Shown here: positions 1-12,360 of the stretch, one piece after another | Layout: each line of letters opens with the position of its first letter | Numbering within the stretch: position 1 is the first letter of the stretch | From: Octopus sinensis | Lineage: Eukaryota | Direction: 5' to 3' | Assembly: GCF_006345805.1 (NCBI RefSeq) | Contig: NW_021834673.1 | Coordinates: 1 to 53,544 of the forward strand | DNA: 53,544 nucleotides | Made by a program: the position numbers and the translations under genes | The notes under the pieces: model-generated | Database searches by the model: none | What the model was told of the DNA's origin: nothing | Seen by the model: only the letters and a program-made list of their open reading frames with translations

Positions 1-1091
1 TCTGTGAAGGAGGTTTAGTCTTCAATGATTTCAGTCTCGTCCATCACTCTACTTCTTTAGCCACCGGGCAGAAGAAACTGCTTTTCATTCCGGCCAAAAG
101 AAGGTGGCGGGGCGATCTTTACAATGAACTCGGCTCGTAAACTGGACGGATGAGTGCATGCAGGACTACTTCATCGCCCTGCGGCACAACCCAAAAATAT
201 CCGTCGACAAACTTTCGTATCTGTAGAGCTTGTCTTGAATCGGCAGAGCTTCCAGGTAGCACTGCCCAAACAGGGATTTCTGGAAGTTAAAGACCAGTTA
301 GTTGATTCCCTCCACCTACACCCAGAATTTACCCCGATTTCGTCGTTGTTCTTTTCCCTCTACTAAACCCCTATAGAAATCCATGGTGGAACTTTCAACG
401 CCCGCGTTGCCCGACTGACAGAAAGCTGTGAGAGCTTGCCGACACTCCAGGTGCCAAGCACCCTTTCTTGGCCAACGCTTGACTCAGTGCTGTAGCTTCA
501 TCAGTGAGACGAGCTGCGGAAAATCCCGCTTCACAAACAGTCAATCCCCCATGCTCACCGTTAAATAAACGCAGGAGATGTCGCAGTCTCAGCGCATGTC
601 TGCGAATCATTCCCGACGGCATGTCCAGTGCTCCACTGAGAGGTTGTTGACAGCAGATGGACCGTCTGATGAGCGAAACACGTCCCTTCTTTAGAAAGCG
701 GAATAACAAACGCTCTAACTTTATCGGGCATGGGACTACATTCAGGCAGTCATAGATGACGGAAGCGATGTACGCATTCGCCACCTCGACTCGACCCTTC
801 ACGAACGGCTTCCTCTCTGCCAATTTCTGGGTGAGATCGACTATCCTGTTCGTCACCTCCCACCCGTTGTTGTCCACCTCGAGGTCTACAGCAGACCAGA
901 CCCCAAGCAGTTTAACCTGTCTTTCCGTCTAGCGCCCTACAAACTGTCGGTTGGTATGGGTCTGCCTCTCCAACTGCCGATTTGCAGGCCCACCGATTTC
1001 TCTTGGACAAGCTTTGCTCCTATCAACGCTTCGTGGACAGTATTATGATGACACAGTCCGTGTATCGGATACGAACATTCCACATCCTAAG
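1..1091 (-). mobile_element. Tx1/L1-clade LINE ORF2 fragment (subfamily A), decayed
   Basis: Minus-strand translation: KGRVEVANAYIASVIY..VVPCP.KLERLLFRFL (post-RT region). Sister copies read [15 protein letters not shown] (end of RT) and SLAWQCY.GALP..DKL..C..C..GDEVVLHA (zf-RVT-like). Contains stops and frameshifts; 5' end abuts (TA)n. Confidence 0.85.
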
Positions 1092-1093
1092 AC

Positions 1094-1320
<227 letters not shown>

Positions 1321-1321
1321 T

Positions 1322-1456
1322 TAGCGGTTCGGCAAAATGGACCGATAGAATAAGTACTGGGCTTACAAATAAGTCCCGGGGTCGATTTGCTCGACTAAAG
1401 GCGGTGCTCCAGCATGGCCGCAATCAAATTACTGAAACAAGTAAAAGAGTTAAAAG
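1322..1456 (+). mobile_element. 3' half of a tRNA-derived SINE within the (TA)n tract
   Basis: Matches the 3' part of the SINE at 9351-9757 (ttagcggttcggcaaaa...ggggtcgattt...ctgaaacaagtaaaagag). Confidence 0.8.
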
Positions 1457-1488
1457 TGTTTTTATATATATATATATATATATGGCAT

Positions 1489-1636
1489 CTGTCGGTTGGT
1501 ATGGGTCTGCCTCTCCATCTGCCGAGTTGCAGGCCCACCGACATCTCTTGGATAAGCTTTGCTCCTATCAACGCTTCGTGGACAGTATTATGATGACACA
1601 GTCCGTGTTATCGGATACGAACATTCCACATCCTAA

Positions 1637-1637
<1 letters not shown>
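1489..1637 (-). mobile_element. Local ~150 bp duplicate of the Tx1-A fragment
   Basis: Near-identical to ~944-1091. Confidence 0.85.
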
Positions 1638-1674
<37 letters not shown>

Positions 1675-2004
1675 CTGTATTTCTAATTATATAATTTCGA
1701 TTTGAAAATTTCAGTCAGCAGTTTATGATGTTTGGCGGTGGAAGTGGAAGAGTTAAAATGAGAGAGTGGGGAGAGGGAGTGATAGAAGCGAGAGAGAGAG
1801 AGGGGAAAGAAGATGTGGAGGGTTGATGTGTATGATTGTTCGTGTGTGTGTGTGTGTGTGTCTCTGTGTGTGATGTAATATATACCTAACCCTGCCTAAG
1901 ATTTTCTTTCATATGAAACTGGAGGGAATATCACATTAACGATTGCATTAAATGACGTAATTTTACTGTGAAGAAGTGAGTGAAATGTTTAGCCGGAAGA
2001 AATT

Positions 2005-2059
2005 TCCAATAACAATAATAATAATAATAATAATAATAATAATTATAATAATAATAATA

Positions 2060-2111
<52 letters not shown>

Positions 2112-2113
2112 TA

Positions 2114-2147
<34 letters not shown>
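2005..2147. repeat. (AAT)n switching to (ATT)n
   Basis: Direct reading. The same strand-switching tract occurs at ~10555-10950, 25230-25410, 33915-34070, 37966-38122 and 43025-43215. Confidence 0.9.
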
Positions 2148-2148
<1 letters not shown>

Positions 2149-2149
2149 T

Positions 2150-2656
2150 GAGAGAGCAGTGCATGCCATCAAAGTGACACTAGGGTAAAATGTACGAAGC
2201 CCAGTATACCCATCATGACTATCCGTCTGATAAGGGTACACCAGGCACATGCATCACAACCATAAGTGCGAAACATGATGATCTCATATCAAGATAAAAA
2301 GCACATGACCTTGTAGGTGGTCCCAGTTAGAATTTTCTTCTGGTCGAGTAACCCATCCTGCTCAAAAGGTCCCTGAGTAAGAGTTGTTTAAGGATTTTGA
2401 ACGAAACACACCATGTTTCAGAGGTGATTATTCAAACCCCAAAGAATCCCTCTCAACACATTGCTATGATACTCCCCACTACTTCTGCTTGTGATCAGAG
2501 ATGCACATATCATCAGTCACTAAGGGACACGCTCAACTGGTTAACGTCGAGCAACTGACAAGCAATCTGTGGTATTGAGCAGAATATTTGCTGGAGCCCA
2601 TCCTCTATACAAGAAGATGGGCTACATCTTCGTTCAACTCCTTCAACAACCCTTAC
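2150..2656 (-). mobile_element. Unclassified retroelement 3' end with (AAT)n tail
   Basis: Minus strand ends ...ggcatgcactgctctct followed by (AAT)n. Second copy at 25412-25925; absent at the equivalent site near 43.1 kb. Confidence 0.55.
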
Positions 2657-2692
2657 TATTATATTATTATTATTATATTATTATTATATTAT

Positions 2693-4035
2693 TATTGCCA
2701 ATAGGCCGGCATATCGGAGAAGATACAGTAGAAAAGCGGCGGTGAGAGCTGGCAGAATCTTTATTACGTCGGGCGAAATGCTAAGCGGTATTCTTCTGCC
2801 GTTATCTTCTGAGTTCAAATTCCCCCGAGGTCGACTTTGCCTTTATCCTTTCGGGGTCGATTAAAGAAGTAACAGTAAACGCACTGTGATCGATATAATC
2901 GACTTAATCCGTTTCTCTGTCCGTTTGTCTTTTCTGTGTTTAGCCCCTTGTGGGTAGTAAAGAAACAGGATACAGTAGACATGGACAGTGGAGATTTAAC
3001 GCTGAGACAACGAGTACACAGTGAAAAGAATAACAATGATATCCGACCAAAGAATATAACAATGAAAGTTCGTAATAGGTGCAGGTAATCCCCTGGAGTT
3101 GGATCAGGTACCCACACCCCAATCCTGAACCACTCGACAATTCGAGGGCATCTGGTAAGAGCACTCTCCTCCCTCTCAAATTCACTAGCCCAAAGGCGTG
3201 TTATTAGAGTAGGTCCACTCACACGTACCATTTTCTCTGTTCATCCACCTTTTGGCAAATGTACTGGGAGGCAGCACTTCACTCTGCACCCTCATCTTCC
3301 TTTCCAAAGGAAATTTGAAAAAGTTGACGAGTGATTGGCCGTAGAGAAAAGTCTCTGCCTTTAGTCCGTTTAACCTGGTCCACAATACAGCCTCTTTCGC
3401 TACTGCTATTAGACTGATGGAAAGCGGCTGATCGATCTTCACTACGGACTCGGCTGATAGATAGAACCACCCTACACGTGATAACAGCTGTTCAACATAT
3501 CTCCACATGTCAGTAATGCAAGGACACTGGAGGAGTGCGTGCAGAACGATTTCATCGCTCTGCGCACATGTCGGGTAGGTCGGTCAGACAGCAATTCCGT
3601 GCTTGTAGAGTTTATCTCGAACCGTCAGTGCCCCCCGACAGCACTGCAAAACAAGGGACTTCTAGAAGTTATCCATCGTCCCCGTCTTGAAAGTCCTCCT
3701 CAACAGACAGGTTAGTTCAATTTTGTCAACGCCTAGCGTCTCTCCAAGTGCTTCATCGCACTTTCCCTCCACTAACCCTCCATAGAACTTCAGAGTGGAT
3801 TTTCCACTGATCGCATTGTCCACCTGCTAGAGGACAGTGAGTGCCTAGCAACATTCCAGATGTCAGTAACACTTCCTCGGTCTCTTCTTGACCCTGGACT
3901 GCAGCTTACTCAAGGAGATGAGTTGTGGAAAAGCCTGTTTGACAAACGATGACCACACCTGTTCAACGTTTAGGCAGAATGTTGGAGATGCCGCAGCCCC
4001 AGTGCATGTCTTCCACAGCATGCCCAGTGTTCGGA
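2693..4035 (-). mobile_element. Tx1/L1-clade LINE 3' portion (subfamily B) with (AAT)n tail, interrupted by a SINE
   Basis: Translations LGMLWK..GEQVWSSFVKQAFPQL..KKRPRK and MW.YVEQLLSRVG...SAESVVKI...AKEAVLWTRLKGL, homologous to the A and C fragments. 3' terminus ...ccggccctattggc(aat)n. Confidence 0.85.
2733..2968 (+). mobile_element. tRNA-derived SINE (~236 bp) with 11 bp target-site duplication
   Basis: Pol III A/B-box-like head (agctggcagaatc / gagttcaaattcc); flanked by GATACAGTAGA at 2722-2732 and 2969-2979. Confidence 0.85.
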
Positions 4036-4178
4036 AATCGGAAAGCGAAAGCACAAAAACGAAAATGGGAAAAGGGGAAAAAGTAAAAACAGCATTTAAG
4101 TGTTCTCCTCGTTAGACCTTGAATTATAAGGCTAAAAAGATATCAAAAATTCAATCGAGAATAGACGGAATTTTTCAG

Positions 4179-4392
4179 TTCTTCAAAATATATTTATACT
4201 TGACAACGACTGAAAATTCCCGACCTAGAGTCCAATAGAGAATTAAGCATCTTAGATCTGAACAGGATATGCACTCTTTCAGCTAAACAATGTTTATATT
4301 TATTCGATCCATTCACATAAGTTATGGATTCTCAATTACTTCCCATCCAGTCACATGTGGTGTTTCGTTTTCTTCCAAACTTAGCCAGTTTC
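4179..4392 (+). pseudogene. Decayed LRR exon of an LGR/glycoprotein-hormone-receptor-like GPCR (copy 1)
   Basis: Follows a tttttcag acceptor. With frameshifts it reads ILDND.KIPDLESNRELSILDLNRICTL...HISY..SITSIQSHVFRFLPNL, fitting LxxLxLxxNxI repeats. Lesions are shared by all four copies. Confidence 0.6.
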
Positions 4393-4971
4393 GTAGCTTT
4401 ACTTTGGGCCTATGTCGGAAGGGGATTATGTGATTGGCATAACGACTTTAAAATTCACCTTAAATAAGCAAAAGAATAAAAGAATAAAAGATTGTGTGTG
4501 TGTGTGTGTACATGCATACAAAAATACACCCACATACGCACGGATATGTACATAAGCGCGCACACACACACTCATAGGTGTATGGATTATTGTTTCGGTA
4601 AGTTGTGTCCACGAGAAAGACACTTCCAGTGCTCTCATCTGAAAAGCACCAGCATTAACCAGGGGTTAACATTGCGACAGACTGGTATCCGGTGTGTTGT
4701 ATCCTTGTGTGCTGAAATACGTTCGATACCGAGATATACTGGGGGCCTAATGAGCCTGTAGATCGGCAGAGAATTTAGCTTAGAAAATGCTTTAATATAG
4801 ACATTTAGGCATGCGCAGTCAGTATTTGTGTAACGTTTATGGAGGAAAAGTCGATATAAATATGACAAAAAAAGAAACACCGTATCTCCGGTGTATAAGC
4901 CGCTATGTTTTACCTGGGAAATTAGTGTGCCGCTTAGAGAAAGGTGCGCCTAATTATGTAACTTTTTTTAG

Positions 4972-5100
4972 TTCCAGGAGGAAAATAATTTGTGTATGGA
5001 GATCGAATGATTCCACTGATTTTTTTGGAGGAAAGGTCGGTCGATGAAAGACTATTGCTACGGACTTTGTGCCTGGAAAAAAACAAAGCACATTTGTTTT
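4972..5100 (+). pseudogene. Possible decayed LRR exon (copy 1)
   Basis: Branch-point-like ctaat and T-rich acceptor. Better copies read NDSTDFFGGKVGR*...HLCLEENK.HL, resembling AF.G.K...L.L..N..L of type A LGRs. Weak on its own. Confidence 0.35.
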
Positions 5101-5310
5101 GTTTTAACTTCATGTTTTGATAATGTTTTTTTTATCCAATAAAGAATTTAATATTGACGGAAGGTGTTTGTTGCTGATTATAGTAAGATAAAATATAAAA
5201 AAATCAACAATACATCTCAAAGTTGAAGAATAAAACATTTTGAAAATACATACACATCAACAACAACAAAGCTAGCAGCGGACCCGTGGTTCCATAAGTC
5301 TTTATAAAAC

Positions 5311-6020
5311 ACCGGTAGGCTTTATGTGTGGATAAAAACCAAACTTGTCCCCAAAATCCCAAGCTAAACTTCACAATACAATAATACAAACATTAATAAG
5401 CCACCTCAATTGTATAATACTAATCTTAAGCCAACATTCTACAACCATGTCTACGAGACGACAAATATATGTTCCATTACAACCTCTCAATCCGATACTA
5501 ATATAAATCCTAATTTAGATTCTCCCCACTAACAACAAACCAACCAACACAACATCAAATTACTACTAGTAAACCCCAACCACTTGCAACTGTCGCGCTT
5601 CTGAAATATATGGTATGCAGACACCTGGCTCCTCAAAAGCGTAATCTATAAGTCCACGAGATTACCCCATGCACCCACCAGGCAAGGGTGTATATTAATG
5701 GCACTGAGGATTTTCAATGTCGTTGTCGTGCTCATATGTATTCTTTCACTAATCCCGAATCTAAACTATTTCAATCTTTAGCAACACACATATACGACCT
5801 CAATTCAAAACAATGTCCCACACGCTCTATCGTGGTCCATAGTATGTGAAGCACCCCTCTACAACAAAATATAGGTGAATGTATGTTATGTATAAAATGG
5901 TCATTAACTATTCTTCGCCTCCACAACTCCTCACTGTTAAATTCTCTGACGTTATTTTTTATCGTAAGCATAAATACTGCCCGACATTCATGCACTTCCC
6001 TAATTCCAAATAAATAAAGC
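5311..6020 (+). mobile_element. Penelope-like element remnant (GIY-YIG endonuclease region)
   Basis: Sister copies read IQTLISHLNCIIL...CNCR...CLLKSVIYKCHV...VYINGTEDFQCRCRAHMYSF...LATHIYNL...PLYNTNIGKCMLCIK..LLNS, the Penelope GIY-YIG layout. Confidence 0.75.
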
Positions 6021-6125
6021 TGTAATGTAAAACAAGTGTCAACCTGACAATCGACAAGTGAACACATTCCAAATAGCAAATATGTGTGGTGGTGTCTATG
6101 TATACATATATGTATGTATACATAT

Positions 6126-6168
<43 letters not shown>

Positions 6169-6469
6169 CAGATATATATATATATATATATTATATAATA
6201 TATATATATGAGCATATGCAATACATATGAAATATCCAAATTGCATTTACAAATACATAATATATACATACAAGCTCTTACATACATACAGCAACACACA
6301 ACACATATATGCACAATATATATACATATAAACTCCTACATAATACACAGTATTAAAAACATTAAGTAGTCAGCATATATATATAGATACCTACAGAATA
6401 TAAATATATATAACCGCATCCCAAATTTTTCCAAGTATTATGATCAATCGATTTTTCATCCTCTCTCAG

Positions 6470-6697
6470 CCTCGTAAATCTCTCCAACACACATCACAAA
6501 TTTCTTCAAATTTTTGCTTTCAACCGTCTCTACTCTCATTTGACCCTTCTCGGCTTCAAACAATAATAACAAAAGTCAAATAATAAGAAAAAATACCGAC
6601 CCGATTTTTTGTACTACTAACATCTTAACCACTCCTTCGTACCTGAAATGTGTTCTTAAAAAATACCCCACGTAATTGGAGATGGAATTGCTGTTTC
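6470..6697 (+). pseudogene. Decayed last-LRR plus hinge cysteine-box exon of LGR-like receptor (copy 1)
   Basis: Strong acceptor tttttcatcctctctcag; NLSNT...LQTI...KKYPT*...CCF, comparable to LDVSQT..LKKLP..YPSHCCAF of glycoprotein hormone receptors. Confidence 0.6.
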
Positions 6698-7249
6698 ATT
6701 TGTACCAGCTAGAAGGGGATACTCCTTCAATTCAGAGAATTACTTATTTATTCACATCGTTTAAAATTAAACATACGTTATCTTCTAGCTTTGAGATTTT
6801 GATTATGTGATTGCTTACTTTTAGAATAACTTTGCATGGTGGTTGTGAAAGGGCTAATGTGTTCAGTTTCCACAGAAAACAGGAAGAATATTTGGGCCCG
6901 ACGTGGCCAGTGCCAATGATAATGGGTTAACTGAAAATTACTGAAGTAAAAATAAAAGCATAAAAAAACATTTTAGGTAATTTGGGGACCCAAATTTATG
7001 ATGACTTAATGGTGGAGAACCTTTTTATCCCATCCTTAATGCCGTTGAGGAGACTGGACAATGGCCAATAGAAGGCCGATATAATATAATGAAAATCGTA
7101 ACTTACCAATAAAGTGCTGTTAGTCTCTGTTCGTAAGAGGTAGTGAATGTTTATATATATCTATATATATATATATGTGCGCATATATATATATTGCGTC
7201 ATTTTTTATTTACCATAAATTTTTTCATTGAAGTAGCACACAATTATGC

Positions 7250-7297
<48 letters not shown>

Positions 7298-7783
7298 ATA
7301 GATTGGCGTCTTTATTTCTCCTTATATGAATCCGATATGAAAAGTTTGCGCCAGCAGTCAAAGATGGGCGTTGATAGTGGAAGAGTGTAAATGACAGAGG
7401 GGAAAGAAAGTGATAGAAAGAGAGAGAGAGGGAGGGAGAAAGAAGAGAAAGAGGGTTTTGTGGGTGTGTGTGTGTGTGTGTGTGTGGTGGTGTTGGTGAT
7501 GCTATTAGCTACATAACCATGTACTAAGGATTTGGTGAGATTGATACATTTTAATTCCCTTCACTTACTCAGTATACCCTTCTTCTTCCCCGACATTAGC
7601 ATTCCAGCAGAAATGGAGAAATGAAAATTATGTCACTGTCTGGTGTTGCATGTGTGTATGTATGTGTGTGTGTGTATATGCGTAACTGCATGAGACTGTT
7701 TACATCCGCGTAACTGAAATTAACTTGAAATAATCTAAGTACTATTTTACAAATTGTGATATCTGTGTGTGTGTGTGTGTGTA

Positions 7784-7822
<39 letters not shown>

Positions 7823-9350
7823 TATATATATAAACACGCACACACAGTTATCAGAATTATATAAACGTATATATTCATGTATTGTATTATATATTATATA
7901 TATATATACACATATATATAAGTAGGTGAATGAATTATTCTAGCATGGAAAAACTCGTTTAACCGATACCTGGGTAGCAAATTCACGTCGGAAAACACAG
8001 TTGAAGTGACCTGTCAAGGGTAGTAGAAACTCCGGGTTCTTGTGTGCAAATTTGTGTTATTTATATGAATAAATGAGAAAGAATGGAGTCGAACGAGGTT
8101 TTTACTCTCGGACACATGTTTCGAAGACGGCATAATTTTAATTCCGAAGGAATAATGGTTTGCATTATGCCATCTTCTCATCAGGAAAGATTAAGAGCTT
8201 CTTTCAGCCACAAGACGAAAAAAAAAATTTTTGAAGATTGCCTACATGGTGACCACAGTGACAATGAGTGATTTTTTTAAATAATCCGTTACAAGCAATG
8301 ACTTAAAAATGGGTGGTAGAAGGAGGGAGTAGTAAAAATAGGTAGGGGACAATATGTATGCTGTATGTATGATGATGTGCGGGTGTGTGTGCTTGTGTTA
8401 TGATTGCGAGTGATTGGTATGTGTATGAGTGTGTATATAACTGCATTTGTGTCGTGTGTGTATGTGTTTTATGTGTGTGTGAGGTAGACAAACGTCAAAT
8501 ACACTTAGTAGTAAGGTGTGAAATTTGGTCTGTGTGTTTGATCGTGCGTGTTATAGAGAGGGAGATATATATATATATATATACATACGTCAAAGGAATT
8601 TAGTAGCTATGGAACATAAATCGTTTAAAGGCGACATTAACCGGAAATGAATAAATATTGTTATACGACCTGACGATAGATTTTTCATCTGTTACAATCA
8701 TCTCACTTTTGCTCGATAACTATTGATCATCGATCTCTCCAAATTACAATGTCAAAAGCAAGAACATTAAAATGAAGTACATTTCTAAATTCATTGTCAT
8801 CCACCATTCTCTTTCGTGAAGAATCTCTGAAGTTTAAGATGATGGCTGTGCTAGAATAGCAGCCAAATATTTCCTCTGAGCAGACGATAGATTCATTTAA
8901 CGATAGTGTCACTTCAGAAAATCAAGTTATCAATAACGATAATAATTTAATGGTATATATAATGATTGACATGGAACAAACGATACAAATTCACTTAACA
9001 ATAGTTCGTCAGAAAATTACGTTGTGAAATAAAGTATATGATAGAGAAATTATAACAATTCTGAAGAGGAATTAAAGGTTTTGCAGCTTAAAGTTATGGG
9101 AAAAGAATTTTCGTTATCAAAGTAACAATATTTTATACGAAAGAAGGATGACAGGCGAGGATTTTGTGGGTGAAGGGTCTTCAATTGTATATGTCCTGGT
9201 CTGTGTGTGTATGTGTGTGTGGGTGTGTTGTGTGTGGGTGTGTGTGTGTGTGTGTGGTGTGTGGTGTGGTGTTTGTGCCTGTGTGTATGTGATGCACTGA
9301 GATATATAACGATTATAATAATGGACACAATTATATTCCAAACTTCTATA

Positions 9351-9757
9351 GGCGCGGGAGTGGCTGTGTGGTAAGTAGCTTGCTTACCAACCACATTGTT
9401 CCGGGTTCAGTCCCTGCGTGGCACTTGGGCGAGCGTTCTTCTACTATATCCTCGGGCCGATTATAAAGACTTGTGAGTGGATTTAGTAGACGGAAACTGA
9501 AAGAAGCCCGTTGTATATATGCATATATATTTCTATGTGTGTGTTTGTGTGTCAGTGTTTGTCCCGCCCCCAACCAACATCGCTTGACAAACGATGCTGG
9601 TGTGGTTATGTCCTGTAAGTTAGCGGTTCCGCAAAAGAGACCGATAGAAGAAGTACTAGGCTTACATGAATAAGTCCTTGGGTCGATTTACTCGACAAAA
9701 GGCGGTGCTCCAGCACGGCCACATTAAAATCACTGAAACAAGTAAAAGAGTAAAAGA
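9351..9757 (+). mobile_element. tRNA-derived SINE (~400 bp), octopod type
   Basis: A box tggctgtgtgg, B box ggttcagtcc, internal (TA)/(TG) tract, tail aagtaaaagagtaaaagag. Confidence 0.85.
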
Positions 9758-10554
9758 GAGAGAGAGAGAGAGCTCATCTGTACCCAAACCTTCAATAGTT
9801 TGATGTCCTATTTTCATAGGAGTGAGGGGAAGAGGGAGAGGAAAACATGCAGGGGCCTCTAAACTGTTTAACGTATTTGTATCTGAGAAAGTCTCCAGTA
9901 TTCTTGATGCCTTCTGCAAAAAGTGAAAGATAAAAAAGGAAATTGAAAAAAAGACTAATTGTCTTCCAGTATCTGTGTGTGTGTCTGTGTGCGTATGTGT
10001 GTGTGTGTGTGTGTTTGTGTGTGATGCAATGAGATACATAACCATGCCTATGAGTTTCTTTAATATAAAACTGAAGTGAATATTAATGATAATATTAAAT
10101 GTTCTATGTTCTCAGATCAAACTCAACACCAAACCAAAACAATAAACAAGTGGAAAATATACGAAATAAATATTTACCCATGTACTAAATTCAGTTTCGG
10201 CTGTTATTTTCCGCAAGGAAAAGTGCAGCCATCATCAGCATGGTCCCATATAAAATGTAATTTGCTGTACTAAATGCCAACACGATACCGAAATAACGCA
10301 TGCATGGAGTACGGCCTATTACATTTGAAATATAAATTTCAAATGTCTTTATTTTGGCGCGATGAGACCCGAGAAAATAGCCTGCAGCTAATAGTTAGCA
10401 GCAGTTAATTTATCGGTTAGAGAACAAATATTAATAAAATTAAATTAAGGGTAAAAATTGATATTTATCAATTAGAACCAGTGGTCTAGCATATTAAAGG
10501 TCTCTGGGTGAGACTTGGAGCCAACTTGTACGGACATAAAGCAAAAGTCAAACA

Positions 10555-10755
10555 TAGAATAATAATAATAATAATAGTAATAATAATAATAATATAATAA
10601 TAATAATAATACTATTAATAATATTAATAATAATAATAATAATATTAATAATAATAATGATAATGATAATACTAATAATAATAATAAAAATAATAATAAT
10701 AATATAATTATTATTATTATTATAGTATTATTATCATTATCATTATTATTATTAA

Positions 10756-10786
<31 letters not shown>

Positions 10787-10870
10787 ATAATTATAATTAT
10801 TTTTTAATAATAATTATTATAATAATAATGATAATTATTATATTTATACTATATTATTAATATTAGTATT

Positions 10871-10915
<45 letters not shown>

Positions 10916-10950
10916 TTTATTATTATATTATTATTATTATTATTATTATT
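10555..10950. repeat. Long (AAT)n/(ATT)n tract
   Basis: Direct reading; the two halves are mutually complementary. Confidence 0.9.
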
Positions 10951-10985
10951 GCCAATAGGGTCGGGTATGGGAGAAGATACAGTAG

Positions 10986-11196
10986 AAATGCGTGGTGAGA
11001 GCTGGCAGAATCTTCAGTACGTCGAGTGAAATGCTTAGCGGTATTTCTTCTGCCGTTCTTCTGTGTTCAAATTCCCCCGAGGTCGACTTTGCCTTTCATC
11101 CTTTCGGGGTTGATTAAAGAAGTACCAGTTACGCTCTGTGGTCGATATAACGACTTAATCCGTTTGTCTGTCCTTGTTGAGTCCTCTCTGTGTTTA
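10986..11196 (+). mobile_element. 3'-truncated copy of the 236 bp SINE
   Basis: Preceded by the Tx1-B terminus and the left TSD; cut at a deletion junction. Confidence 0.8.
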
Positions 11197-12059
11197 ACCA
11201 GGGGTAACGTTGCGACAGACTGGTATCCGGTTGTGTTGTTATCCTTTGTGGTTGAATACGTTCGATACCGAGATATACTGGGGGCTTAATGAGCCTGTAG
11301 ATCAGGCAGAGAATTTAGCTTAGAAAATACTTTAATGTAGACATTTAGGCATGCGGCAGTCAAGTGTTTCTGTAACGTTTATGGAGAGGAAGTCGATATG
11401 AATATGACAAAAAAAGAAGTGAATATTAATGATAATATTAAATGATAATATTAATATTTTACATTCCACCGGCATCAGTATCTGAGTCTAAAGTTATAAT
11501 TACTGCATACTGGTGGTACAGTTTTCAACCAGCAGGATGTAACCTGATGCTAATGCTTATAATATACATGCAGCAGAAAGGCGTGTCGTTCACAGGTTTA
11601 AAATAACTAAATTGCATTGTATATAAAATATGCTGAAAAGGATGTTACTTCATGTGTAACATTTAATTCTTATTTTAATGTCTTTTACACCAGGATAAAA
11701 TCCGAAATAGTGAACTCGGAATTTTGGAACTAAGTGAAAGACAATGATGGTTACCATAAAATTTTCCCGTTTTGCCGGACCATTCGATGTGGTTTACCAG
11801 AGCCTGGATTGTAGTACAAGCTTGTAAGTTGCGTCCCATGATTTGATTTTCCTCTCCCTTATATTATGTATATGTGTGTGTGAAAGTGTGTGTCTGCGTG
11901 CGTGTTGTTGTCTGTGTGAAAATAAGTAAACGTAAATGAATATAATGTGTGTATATATATATATATGTATATCGATATATGGAGAGACGTAATAGATAGA
12001 GAGATAGAAAGATAAAGATACAGACAATGATTGATAGAGAGATAGCTTAACAGACACAT

Positions 12060-12086
12060 GATAGTTTGATAGATAGATTGATAGAG

Positions 12087-12120
<34 letters not shown>

Positions 12121-12128
12121 GTAGATAG

Positions 12129-12185
<57 letters not shown>

Positions 12186-12360
12186 ATGATTTGAAAGATA
12201 GAGATAGATAGACAGTGATAGATAGATAGATAGATAGAGATATATAGACATAGATAGATAGATAGATAGATTGATAGATAGATACATAAATAGATACTTA
12301 GATAGATAGATAGATGGATAGATAGAGATAGATGGACATAGATAGATAGATAGATAGATA
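12060..12360. repeat. (AGAT)n microsatellite
   Basis: Direct reading; also at ~21600-21831 and 51230-51540. Confidence 0.95.

Noticed and set aside
5380-5620. C/A-skewed stretch suggesting a mitochondrial insertion
   Set aside because: No mitochondrial gene frame; explained as a Penelope-like remnant.
5880-6080. Minus-strand ORF ...VREFNSEELWRRRIV seen in several copies
   Set aside because: Antisense to the Penelope endonuclease C-terminus; recurrence reflects recent duplication.
7930-9200. Search for the LGR 7TM region (NFNSEGIM vs FNPCEDIM; TKFLMI; IKILL)
   Set aside because: Isolated short similarities in inconsistent frames; no TM3, TM6 or TM7 motifs found.
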